Part shown: positions 52,711 through 64,000 of the stretch, in pieces
Layout of the letters: each line of letters opens with the position of its first letter
Position numbering within the stretch: position 1 is the stretch's first letter
Source of the DNA: Paramecium tetraurelia
Taxonomy: Eukaryota
Reading direction: 5' to 3'
DNA: 64,000 nucleotides
Assembly (NCBI GenBank): GCA_000165425.1
Contig: CT868066.1
Coordinates: forward strand, 62,001 to 126,000
Notes under the pieces: generated by a model
What the model was told of the DNA's origin: nothing
Databases searched by the model: none
Seen by the model: only the letters and a program-made list of their open reading frames with translations
Program-made: the position numbers and the translations under genes

Positions 52711-55137
52711 TCAAATTTACAATTAAGAAGGTAAAAGATATTATGATCGCTTTTTAACCTCTTCGCTAAATACTATATACTAAAATGCTTCCCTCAACGT
52801 TTTCACAAAGACTGGTTTCAACACTACATGAAGCATGCCAACCTCTGTGCATTATTCCAAAGTTTCCTTATCATCGTGAGCTGTGCAACCTATTATTGGA
52901 ATGTAGGCTAATTCTAAATCAATCATCATTTAAACTAATATTTTTGTGGCCTAATTTAGAAATGAAATTTCAGATACCTCAATTCCTCCCATAATTGGCA
53001 TATCCAAGTCCATAAGAATCAAACAAATATCAAACTCATTCTACTAAACCATGTCTATGGCCTACTGCCCATTAAAGGCTTTCAAGAAATACTTATACCC
53101 CATGCTCTTCATCATCAAAATCAAAGTGTCATGATTGAAGGGTTCATCATCTACAATCAAAATTGATTTGTCAGTATCCATCAAGTTTTTATTCAACAAT
53201 GAAGAACGAGCTCGTTTCAATTCCTTGTGTTACTTTTGCCATTTACCAAATTTAACCTTATTAGTCAATGGCTATTTGGCTCGAGGTTCATCAAGCACTG
53301 TCTATGAATTCAACTGTAACTATGGATCTGGAGAGGAGAAGATGGATTTTGCCATTCCGTTGTTGTTTTAAGAACTTTTCATGTTTCTTACACTTCTCTG
53401 TTTGAGCATCAAACCAACGGATTAGATTTCTTGCAAACTTTCGGTAGCCTTGTTCTCTTTTATGTTAATTTTGAATTTAAATTCTGTTCCCATTTCAGAT
53501 TATGCTACTTCTAAATTCTATTCTTGAGAACTTAAAATGTTAATAAGATTATTGGTGATTTCTAAGGACATCCTTAATTCTTTTTTGATGACTAAGTGCT
53601 TCTTTTTGAAATTGAAATCAGATTGAGATTTGATCCACATATTAATATTCTCAATGTCTTCATCACTAAAACCACATCCACTTCCATCAATGACAAAATC
53701 CATTTCTGTATTTTCCTTGTTTATACTTAAACTAAGAGTAATTTAACCACCAGAAGGTGTATGTCTATATGATTGATTTAAAATATTATATAACACTCGT
53801 TCCAATTTGAGATCATCTGAATTTATGTAAAAGCTAATCATTATGTGAATATCCATACTTGTCAATTTATTACAATGGAACCTGTTCTACAAAGACTTGA
53901 AACAAGATTCTTTTATTAATGCATTGAGATTCAATCAATTCGGTTAAAGATAGTAGGAAAGTTCTCATATTTATTTTGGTTTGTTGTATTGTGATCTTGT
54001 CTATTTAGGGACTTAGGAATTCCAATAAATCTGAAATTTAAAAATATTGCAATTTTGAGTTAATGTAAGCAGGCTTAATAAAATGAGATTTAGTGTTACT
54101 ATCTACATCAGCACTATTGTAGGCTGAGGAGAGGAATCCTAAGGTTGCATTCAGTGGAGTTTTAAGTTTATGAGCAAAGAGATCAGTAAATTACTTTTTA
54201 AATTAAGAAAATTTTTGTTTAGTTTGCTTAACAGTGAAGGAATCGATCTTCCAAAAAGCTAAAATTTACGTATTCCCTAAACTTACTCTCTTGTGCATCA
54301 CTCTGAACTTTTATTTAGTGTTCTTTTGCATGTCAATTGATGAGGCGATAAAGTGATTCTATTCTGAACTCACAAATGAATCTTAATTGTTAATGAACTT
54401 CAATAAGGATATGCAATCTTGGAATACTATCTGTTTGTTATTATTTTGATTTTGATCAGGACTGCCTGCAAAGTCCTTGTCTGAATAGCATTTAATGTAG
54501 AATTGTTGATTATCGTCCATTTATGTATTTTGGGTCATCAAAACATAAGGATTGCTTTCCAATTGTGGCGAATTGTTGGGTGTAATGTCCTAGTAATTTT
54601 GATCAAATATTTTAATGATGATCTGTTTCTTCAACTCTTGTAGTATTTCATTTTCAGCTACTTCAAACTTAGAAAATTGACCAACGTCCTTCAGAAGTTG
54701 ATAGAATAGAAATGCCAGACAATAAATAATGGATTGAAATTCTGAATACTCTGTATTACCTCGATACGAAAGTGAATACACAATGATGCTAGTTGTAACT
54801 TACAAGATTTTATTAAAGAGGTGTATTTTTTATTTTTCGGTTTAATTAATTTCTATAAGACACAACAAAAACCAAATGGACTATGTTCCAAAGTGCAAGA
54901 GCTGAAATACGCTGTAGTAGATTAAAATAAAGTAGGATGATAGGTCGAATTTATTAAATCTGGCGATCAATACAAGTTGTGCTGACTATCAATTTAAGAA
55001 TTCTTACCAATTTGTATTGCGAGCAACAAGGAAATCCAAACTAGGATGGAAATGTGCTTATCGATTAGACCTTTAATGAGGTCAGATAAAATCATTACTC
55101 CCAACATAGAATGGAATTTTATTCTTGATTTAATCAT
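52711..55137 (-). CDS. hybrid membrane histidine kinase-receiver protein with degenerate catalytic motifs (copy 1)
   Basis: N-terminal TMs; H-box FAHKLKTPLN; DDLKLERVLYNILNQS; receiver ILIVDDEPFN...LMDLDMPIMGG...GCTAHD...KP. Confidence 0.92.
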
Positions 55138-55348
55138 TTTAGATAATATTAATAATTAACTAAGCAATTTTTCTCTGTTTAAAATAGATGTAACCGAACT
55201 TTTTGATCCTACCAATACAATTTTGATGTTATTGAATAATTATAAAATCTGTTTAGTTTATACTTAATGATAATTTAATTATTATTATTTGTCACTTGAA
55301 TAAAATATATATATATATTCAAAATATAATACGAGAATCATAATTTTA

Positions 55349-57937
55349 TCATTTAATACTTGAAGTGATCCCTTTGGATCCAAAGATAAGGTTTTAAGAT
55401 TTAACTTTGATCTCATTAATTCTCAAGAACGTTTCTTGTAGACTTCTAATAAAAACAGGTTTAGCAATTATGCAAAGCATGCCTGCCATAAAACATTCCT
55501 GCTGTGTATCCTTGTCATCATGGGCAGTACAGGCAACAATTGGGATGTAATCGATCTCCCCATCCTGCATTTATTACATAAGAATTTAGGTAGCCTAAAT
55601 TGAGGATGTATTATTTACTCTCACTCCCCCCATTATTGGCATGTCTAGATCCATGAATATGATTTTGATAGACCGGTAATGTTTCTTCACCAACTCTATA
55701 CACTGTTAACCATGATAGGCACTGATGAAATTTTTGAATCCCAAACTCTTGAGCATCAATTTTAGAGTGTCATGATTGAATGGCTCATCATCAACCAGCA
55801 TTATGGTTTGATTCATGTCTTGTCTAATGTCTATGGAATCTGCCACGCGTTTCACGTTGAAGGAATGGTCAAATGCCACTGAAATGGTGAGGGATTTGTC
55901 GTTGATTTCCTTTTGAAACACTGACTTTTTAAGGGGAAAGACACTTTACTAGATTGGATGACTTTAAAATAAAGCACTTTAGGGAGAGTTCTAAGCCATT
56001 TGTGTACTTAATTAGAGTGGCTTATTTGCAAGAGGTTCATCTTCTATCTCATATTCCTCCAGAACCTTATCCCTACTTATAAAATAATATCAATTAATAC
56101 GATATTTAATTTTAACTTTTTGTAAATAGCGAAATATGATTGGGTATATGTTATTTAAGTGAACCTGAACTCCTTTTTTAGAAACTGGAATACTTTTAAC
56201 TAATCTCGAAAGACTGGTGGAAATTTACTTGTTGACAGTTGAGACTGATGAAGAATTGATAAATAGCCCCTTCTTCTAAATCGTGGTTTATTTGTAAGGA
56301 ACACTGAAAGTCACTTAGAAAATAAATTAACCTGTTCGTGATTTAGAGTGTGAGACTAAATTTGAAGGTCTATCTTTTCATGATTGAATTGCCGAATCCA
56401 TGAATGCATTTATTCTGTAATCTAGCAAAATTGTTGATTTATTCAAATTGTTCTTGATTGAACCCCTAGACATTGTCATTGATTTTAAATTATATTTGAT
56501 TTTCTTCAGACAACACATCCACATTCAATTGGATCTTGCCCATGATTTGTGTGTGTCTATAGGATTTGTTCAATAGATTGAAAAGGATCCGTTCCAATTT
56601 TAATGAATCGGTAGTTAAATAGATGGGTCTACAATAAGAGAGAATAGAGTACTTTTCATTGGCATCGAAGGGCTTGGAATTGATGGTGAAGATGATTTTG
56701 ATCTGCTTGGCTCTGCATTGCAATTCAATCATATCATAGATCAATTGCAAAGTCTTATGCAAATTAACCTTGCTCACTTTGTACGTAACCAACTTGGCCG
56801 AATTCACGTAATCTAAGATGTCCTAAACATAATAGTATTGTATTTTGGAATTGATGAAGGCAGGCTTCAGAAAACTATTCTTCACTTATTCATCGATTGT
56901 GTTGTTCTCTTGGACTATGGCCTACAGGAACCCAAGAGTGGTGTTCAAGGGAGTTTTCAATTTGTGAGTGAATATCTTGGACAAACTCATCTTGAACTTG
57001 TCTATGTTCTTGTTTTGCTTTGAAGGTATTTTATCATCCAAATTAACCAGTGCAACCAAAGTATAAAGTCTTTGCAGCTATTTAAATTATTCTATGTATA
57101 ATCGATATGACTGCTTTAGTCCTGTTACTTCATCGAATTCCGTTGCCAAGATTACCTGGTTTTTCATTTTATGCTTCTCCTTTTAATAGAATTCAAGAAA
57201 TCCAGCCAATGTTTCAAAAACGGAAGGTTTGGATGATAGAATCTGGGATTCTTGGACTATGTCTATTTGTAATATGGTGTAACATTTGATTTTGAGATCC
57301 TTCCTTATTTGTTGTTATAGTTTCTGATTTTCAGAACGACAAGAAAACAAGGTGGCATTTGAATTTAAGATCTAATCTGATTATAATAACTAATCTCCAT
57401 CAATTTCATTTTGGTACTAATCAAATGCGTAATACCTCACATTCTTCATTATCTATTTGAGTATTCTGTCTTGAGTTTGCTGTTTGAGACTCGTGAAGTT
57501 GTACCTGTTGTAGAGGAACAGGACAATCAGAATCAACTATTCTAAAACCGCTTAGAGTGTACTAATCTCCACCATGGGTTGCACTTGCGCACATGTAAAT
57601 GCGATTATGAGTACGAGAGTTACGAATAGGCCCAGATGTTGGTCCAAGGCGATTGAAAAGATGTTAAACCAAATTGCTGGCACTCCTCTCAAAACCAATT
57701 GATAACAGCAATAATAAATGAGAATGACTTGTTCAAAAATGGGATGCTTTCTATGGCTCTTGTACTTGTACCCAAAGTAACCTTGGTATATTAAGTTTAC
57801 TTACAGAGCATCAAAGCAAAAAGTATGGAATTCGATATCATTGTGAACATCTCTTACTTTATAATCCCAAAAATCAAATTGATCATTGATAGAAAGAACA
57901 TTGTTTCATTTTAATTTTTAACAGAGGTGCGATTCAT
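55349..57937 (-). CDS. hybrid membrane histidine kinase-receiver protein with degenerate catalytic motifs (copy 2, tandem paralog)
   Basis: N-terminal TMs; H-box FTHKLKTPLN; DSLKLERILFNLLNKS; receiver IMLVDDEPFN...FMDLDMPIMGG...ACTAHD...KP. Confidence 0.92.
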
Positions 57938-58141
57938 TATTATGTATTATAAGTAAATTTAATAATAACTATCCAAAACCCAAATATTAATGGTCTATTG
58001 AATTATTAATGACAGGTAGAGAATGGAAATCTCTAGAGTTGCAAAATCGCAGTAACTAGATCAAATTTAATTTACTTCCTAGGGCCTCCCCTCATTATCC
58101 AGGAAACTTACTAATTATATAATAAATTAATATAAATATTA

Positions 58142-58615
58142 ATGCAATAAGTGGAACCCATCATCGCCAAGTTGCGCATATCCGAATTGGACGAATATGA
58201 ACCACTCAAGAAATATTTCCCAAACGTACACACCTCCTCTCAATCTATAGCCCGTACTCAAGTTGTCTCACGTCGCCTTTGGATCCCTAATCCTCTCAAT
58301 CCTGTGCACATTTACGGGCATTGCACCCAGAGTTGTGACTGGCTTGGTTGGAGCCCTGATTCCCTCCTTGTAAGCAATCAATAAATACCAAACCACTGGT
58401 AGAATGTGATCCAACTTATCTTAGGTGAGATTTACACGTGCCTTCCTTATTTCATCATATTTTCGACCTACTTGACCTTCCAAGGCTGGATTATGTGGAT
58501 CTTTTCTTTCATCCCCTGCTTCGATACCATGTGTCTATTGTTTGTCTTGGCTCTGTATCATCCAGACGTGCAATTATCAAATAAAATTTGGGCTTTGCTA
58601 TAGAAAGTTGTGTGA
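58142..58615 (+). CDS. divergent REEP/DP1/Yop1 (TB2/HVA22)-like ER-shaping protein (140 aa)
   Basis: Introns of 25 and 26 nt give an exact frame; LVGALIPSLQAI...LPYFIIFS...FSFIPCF...LFVLALYHP follows the REEP spacing. Confidence 0.68.
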
Positions 58616-58656
58616 GAAGCAAAATTTAAATATTAAATATATATATAAATTAAAAA

Positions 58657-59505
58657 ATGGATAACACTATCGAGGAAATGATGGAGGATAAATCTATGAG
58701 TTTTAAGTTCTTGCTGGCTGTGCAGTAACACTAGTACGAAGAAGCCTATTCGATTGGCAAAGAAAGTAAATTCAATTGTCACTGTAGTTCTGAAGATCAA
58801 TCCATCTGATAGGAGCGTGAATCGGTTTATGTTATTTTTACAATCAAATATGGGATATCGTAAGACATACACATAAATTTTATGTCGATGGATTGTTTGA
58901 TTTTGAAGAGGAAGAAGATGATGAAGAGGAATTTGAATGTGACGACGAAGATGCTGAAGAAGATGAACTTGAGAATGGAGAAGAAGAAGCAGAAGAAGAG
59001 GAGGAATATGAAGAATATGAGGAAGGCGAACAAATTGAGTAACAGGAAGACTCTGAGTACGAATGGGTTTATGAGGATGAGGAAGTGCCTGAGGGATTTG
59101 ATGAGGGAGACAACACAGATGAGGACAAGAATTTTGTCTAAGAAGATACTAACGAAGGTGATATCAGTTTAAGCATGGACAAAAAGATATATGAGAAAAA
59201 ACAAATACAATAATAATAATAATAATAATAGTAATAACCAATATTGTAAAGTACAAAAAGAGTTGTCTAATAAGTCAAACCTAAATCATCCATTTCCAAT
59301 GGAGTCCCCACTTTACCAAAAGTAATATTAATACTCATTCTTAGATCCAAAATAAATAAAGACCAACCTCCTAATCTAAATAACAAATTCAAAAGCCTCA
59401 GCCATTACAATAAAATTTAGTTAAACAAGCAGCGGTGAACTGTATAACATTCTTATTATCCCATTAGAACTTCGTTTTCCAAGCAGTATGGCCAAGAAAA
59501 AGTGA
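58657..59505 (+). CDS. acidic protein with a short N-terminal helical hairpin (ERICH2-like), E/D tract and polyQ
   Basis: FKFLLAVQQHQYEEAYSIGKEILKINPSD then EEEDDEEEFE...; four introns, one with an anomalous acceptor. Confidence 0.72.
59208..59237 (+). repeat. polyglutamine tract encoded by CAA(TAA)6 TAG TAA TAA
   Basis: In-frame run inside the 58657 gene; consistent with TAA/TAG = Gln. Confidence 0.85.
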
Positions 59506-59624
59506 AATGATTGTTGAGAATTATTATGGGTTCTTATTAAAGCATTTTAATTTAATTTGGAATTAATTCTCTTTTCCATCTCCCAGAGACTCAGAAATTA
59601 AATAATATATCTAAATAATTTATA

Positions 59625-60432
59625 ATGTCGGATAAGAGAGATGAACACACCTACATGGCCAGATTGGCAGAACAGACTGAGAGATGGGAAGACATGGTAA
59701 TCACAAATTTCAAGAGTAGGTAGAGAATATGAAGAAGGTAGCAGAGATCACTAAGGATTTGAATAATGAGGAGAGAAATCTACTCTCTATAGCATACAAG
59801 AACACAGTGGGACAGAGGAGAACTGCTTGGAGAGCAATTACTGCCTATGAGATTAAGGAGAAGTAGAAGGTAACAATAAAGTGCATAAGTGTTAGATAGT
59901 GAAGTATTAAGAGGTACTCCAATATTACAAGGCAAGAGTGGAGAAGGAATTGGATTAATATTGCAATGAGGTTTTGTAGCTGATAGATCACACTCTATTG
60001 AAAAAGACAACCAACACTGAGGCGAGAGTATTTTATCACAAAATGAAAGGAGATTACAATCGATACATTGCAGAATATTCATAATAAAAAGCTTAGGAGA
60101 AGGCAATTCAATAGGCTCAGTAAGCCTATCAAACTGCATTGGAATTGATCGACAAGGACAAGTTTCCAAAAACTAATCTATTAAGATTGGGAGTTACTCT
60201 CAACTATTCTGTCTTTTGTTACGAAATCATGAGTGATGTAGCCAAAGCATGCGAATTGGCTAAAACTGTAAAAGATGATGTATTCATTCCTAAATTATAT
60301 GTAAAGGCAATTAAAGAGTTGGATGACATGGAGGAAGACCAATACAAGGATGTGACCACAATACTGCAATTGATTAACGATAATCTTACTAATTGGTAGG
60401 CTGAGTTACCAGATGAGGGAGGGAAGAAATGA
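59625..60432 (+). CDS. 14-3-3 protein
   Basis: [74 protein letters not shown]. Confidence 0.96.
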
Positions 60433-60486
60433 ATTCATTTAATATAAATGTTATTAATATCAACAAATACACAAAAAAGCTAGTCA

Positions 60487-63400
60487 TCATTTAGGTATTT
60501 CTAATAATTTCTTCTGATCTTCAGGACTCAATTTTAAAAATATTTATTGCAGAAAGACCTTCACTGAGTCTAACTATTCAAAGACCCTAAGCGCATTAAC
60601 TATTTATGAATCTAATGAAATTGTAGACCACTTTGATTTATAACAATTAGCAAGTACTTTGAGAATCTAAATGATATTGGAATAAACAATACATGAAATG
60701 CATTTTCAGATTTACCATTAACGAAGTATCCTCCCTTTTATATTATGAATTCAGCCAATAGATTATGCTAGAAGTGTGCCTATCTTTTATCGTATTGCAA
60801 AGGCAATAGATATAACCAAGTTTCAAAACCCCAAACTAAATCTTATCCCAATGATTGCGGTTGAGATTTAAGGATTTTACCCAAAGCAGAGATTGAATGG
60901 TCTCTTGCTAATCCAAATTATTTTTCATTTTCATCTTCATTTTTCTGTGCTTTCAACGAATCGACCACTGCTTTTATTAGGGATTGCGAGACTTATAAAT
61001 ACAACTCTTAAGGAGTGTTTGTAGCCATTACACCTATTCCATATACAGCTGCCTATCTGACTGAGCATATCGGATCAACTGCATAGATAGTTAAGACTTA
61101 AGCAAAATCAATGAAATGTTTTTGGATATAAGGAAATCCAAAATATTCTACGATGTAATCTAAAAGTGAGAGTCCAAATTGATGCATCTTAACAAATTTG
61201 GGCTAATCAAGCACCTTTTGTAATATTTGATTGCAAATAACTTCAGAGAGAGGTAAGACCAACTCCTTATGAGATTCAAATAATGAACCAATGCATTCAG
61301 CAATCTTTCCATGCAGATTCTCTTCAGTTTCCGTCTACTCCTTTATAGCGTTCTTTTCATCCTCATCCACATCTTCTTCCTTAGCCAAATTCTCGTTCTA
61401 AGCCCTTCGCTTATCCGATTCTAACAATAATTTAAATAATTTATCAGATAGCTCTGAGACTTCCTCTGTTGTCATAAAAGGTGAGGATACAATATCTATG
61501 ATTTGTTTAATACAATCAATCTATTCAATAATCACAGATGGATCAGATTCTTTAAAAGCAGCTTCCAAAATGATACCAAGAAAATACTTAGCCCCATTCA
61601 TCAATTACTATGAGTTGTTGGTTTCCTTTACAACCTTGACCAAACTGACCAAACACTTGCAAGCAGCACTTCTAATGGTCTCATCAGAGTTGAATTAGGA
61701 CAAGGGCACAATCAATTCTATGCACTTCTCCACAAAAGGAAAGAATGACTGTTTTAGTTCCTCAATAAAGACTGATAACATATGTATTGCAACTTCGGCT
61801 TCCTCATTATCATAAGTAAGCAATTCTTTCTTTTTGTTTGATTCTGTGGTGTTGATGTTAAACACCTATTAGATTAGTTTGAATAAGGAAGGCACAATTT
61901 CACCCAGGTATTTGGCTAATTGCTAAGGGCAAACTAAAGCCAGCCTCTGCCATCCTGAAAGTACATAAGACTTTTACGGGTCAATGGCTTCCAAATTACT
62001 AGTTTATACTTGAATTAGAATCTAAACTGTCTATTATAAGAAAGGTAGAAACACTTACTCTCCAACTGCCGAAGCTATTAAGGTGATTGTTTCAATAGCC
62101 TAACCTTTCAACTATCTGTACTGTTTGGTTTGATGAGTTGAAAATATTTAGAATAACAATGGTAATAATTCATTCACGTAGGGGATAAAGAACAATTTAC
62201 TTGATTCTGCTGTGGCTGCAATAACGCTAATGGCATTTTCTTTCTCAATAGAAATGCCTATGTTCAAAAATTTAATTGACAACTGAATTAAATTAGGTAA
62301 ATAGGCCTCGATGCCTTTTTCAGTACCCTCCACAAAATTGGTAAGAGCAGCCAAAATATGGGAGTTTACTCTTGGCACATCTTCAAGAGTTAAACGGTTC
62401 AAAAATTACGGCACTACAATGTGCAAATAAGATTCTTGGAACTTCGGTTTCATATCATCAGCAATCTATCCAATTGCATGACATACAGCATATCTAATCA
62501 TTGAATTACTATCATTCAACATTGGCAATATCAATTCTATAGTTGATTTGATATCAGTAACTTAGTCTATGTATTCACCTACTTGAGATAAAGCCATTAT
62601 AGCAGCATGTTTACATCTCCAATCTTAATGTCTTAACAACTCACTTACAATTGGATTTAATAAAGGTAACATTTCCTTTCTGCCTAATGATTCTATTAGT
62701 CTATCTATACTCGACATTCCAAATCTTGTAGTCTCACAGTCTTCATCCTATTCTATATCATCGTTAAATCCTTCTGGAGGCTTCATCCATTCATCGGTGA
62801 TTGTGGAACTTATTTGAATCATATGATAGAATATCATCTCAACTACTTACATTAAATAGATTTTTTCAAATTTAAACAATCCTGGAAATTTCTCAACCAT
62901 ACTCAATAAAGTTTCAGTTCCTATTCGTTTAACACCATTGTCAATTTGGGATTCTCTGAACATGCAATATATACCATTAAAGAAGATATTGAACTGTTTT
63001 CTCAAAAACTTAGGTTTAGAATCCACTATGTTTGAGAACACTTCCATGATTCCCTCTCCTAAAGATTGATCTTATATTGTGATATCGAGTGCAGACTTCA
63101 TCATATTTGAGATCAAGTCTTAAAATATCTTATATTGAGCAGGCAATGCATATTTAACATAATTACCGAGAGCATGCATGGTAGACGATTTAATTTTAAT
63201 TTACGGACTGGCTAATCCTTAAACAAACAATGTATGAAGATCCTGGTAATGTTTATCGAATTGATCAATTGAATACATAAAGAGATTCCCAAGGATTTTG
63301 AATCCGCACTCTATTATATCATTATTTGGTGACAAAAACATCTGCCATAAGGTTGGTAGCAAATTATGCCATTCATTATGGCTGTCATCCTCGTACAAGG

Positions 63401-63758
63401 ATCCCCCTATTTCACCTATTGTATCGCACAATTAGTTTCTGACTATATGACTCATTTCCACTTCAATAAATTAGAAGAGATGCAACTTTACAGTTTCTTT
63501 GGTTTCTGATATCAATTAATTCCAAACATTCTTGTGACTCTTTGGAGCAAACTTGGACAGACTATATCGCAAGTAAACTGGAGCAAATTGTCTGATTTTT
63601 AATTCCTCGTGTCTACAAAGATTGAGCATTTGCATTACAAATTCATTTGGTTAAGCCTCTCTTAGTTAAGCCAACCGATCTTCCCCTTATTTTCTACTCT
63701 AATTATTTTGAGAGAATATCCCCTATATAATTTACTAAAGTTATTCTTGAAAATTCAT
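60487..63758 (-). CDS. IPO5: importin-5 / karyopherin beta-3 (Pse1/Kap121) HEAT-repeat protein (~1081 aa)
   Basis: DWRCKHAAIMALSQVGE, IRYAVCHAIGQIADD, PRVNSHILAALTNFVE, LKGQAIETITLIASAVG, DPQKSYVLSGWQRL; one 26-nt intron near the 3' end. Confidence 0.92.
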
Positions 63759-63778
63759 ATTAATAATTATATATATTT

Positions 63779-64000
63779 TCATTCTAACTCTTCCAAATAA
63801 TCCTTCACCTACGATGGAGGCAATATTCTAAACACATGGTCATCTCTTATCACTCCCACTTCGATATTCGTAGGGGTGATCTATCCTATTCAAGTTACTA
63901 TGTGACCTTTACCTTCAAATCCCTCTTTCAAAGTCAACAACGCTGTGTTTATGGCATCCTCAATCTCCATATCTGCATTGTATCTCTTCTCCAAAAAGGC
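63779..64000 (-). CDS. PSMA2: 20S proteasome subunit alpha-2, 3' portion (5'-partial)
   Basis: [42 protein letters not shown]...[14 protein letters not shown]; one 27-nt intron. Confidence 0.93.

Noticed and set aside
1..64000. The ~110 short ORFs in the supplied track as separate genes
   Set aside because: They were called with TAA/TAG as stops and no introns; most are fragments or antisense shadows of longer code-6 genes

Overview
Gene-dense, very AT-rich eukaryotic DNA from a ciliate macronuclear chromosome, most likely Paramecium (aurelia-like). TAA/TAG encode Gln, TGA is the only stop, genes carry 20-30 nt GT..AG introns, and some spacers are only 6-60 nt. The supplied ORF track uses the wrong code, so I re-read genes by hand in code 6; coordinates span start to stop including introns. 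About 35 genes can be traced: an NPC1-like sterol transporter lacking its N-terminal domain, three Ser/Thr kinases, NOG2, thymidine kinase, mannose-6-phosphate isomerase, a myristoylated CDPK-like pseudokinase, a DP-family transcription factor, a GAF-GAF protein, a SAPS/PP6 regulatory subunit, a two-pore channel with EF-hands, a divergent ATG8, two tandem hybrid histidine kinases plus two receiver-less relatives, a REEP/Yop1-like protein, 14-3-3, importin-5 and the 3' end of proteasome alpha-2. Several decayed pseudogenes (MORN, kinase, CK1) are also present. Best leads: a set of apparently kinase-dead histidine-kinase receptors at different stages of decay, a two-pore channel with atypical filters, a small basic protein with an H1-globular-like winged helix, and an E2F/CHR-like element upstream of thymidine kinase. 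No rRNA, tRNA, CRISPR, telomere or transposon was recognised. All family calls come from motif recognition by eye; no database search was run.
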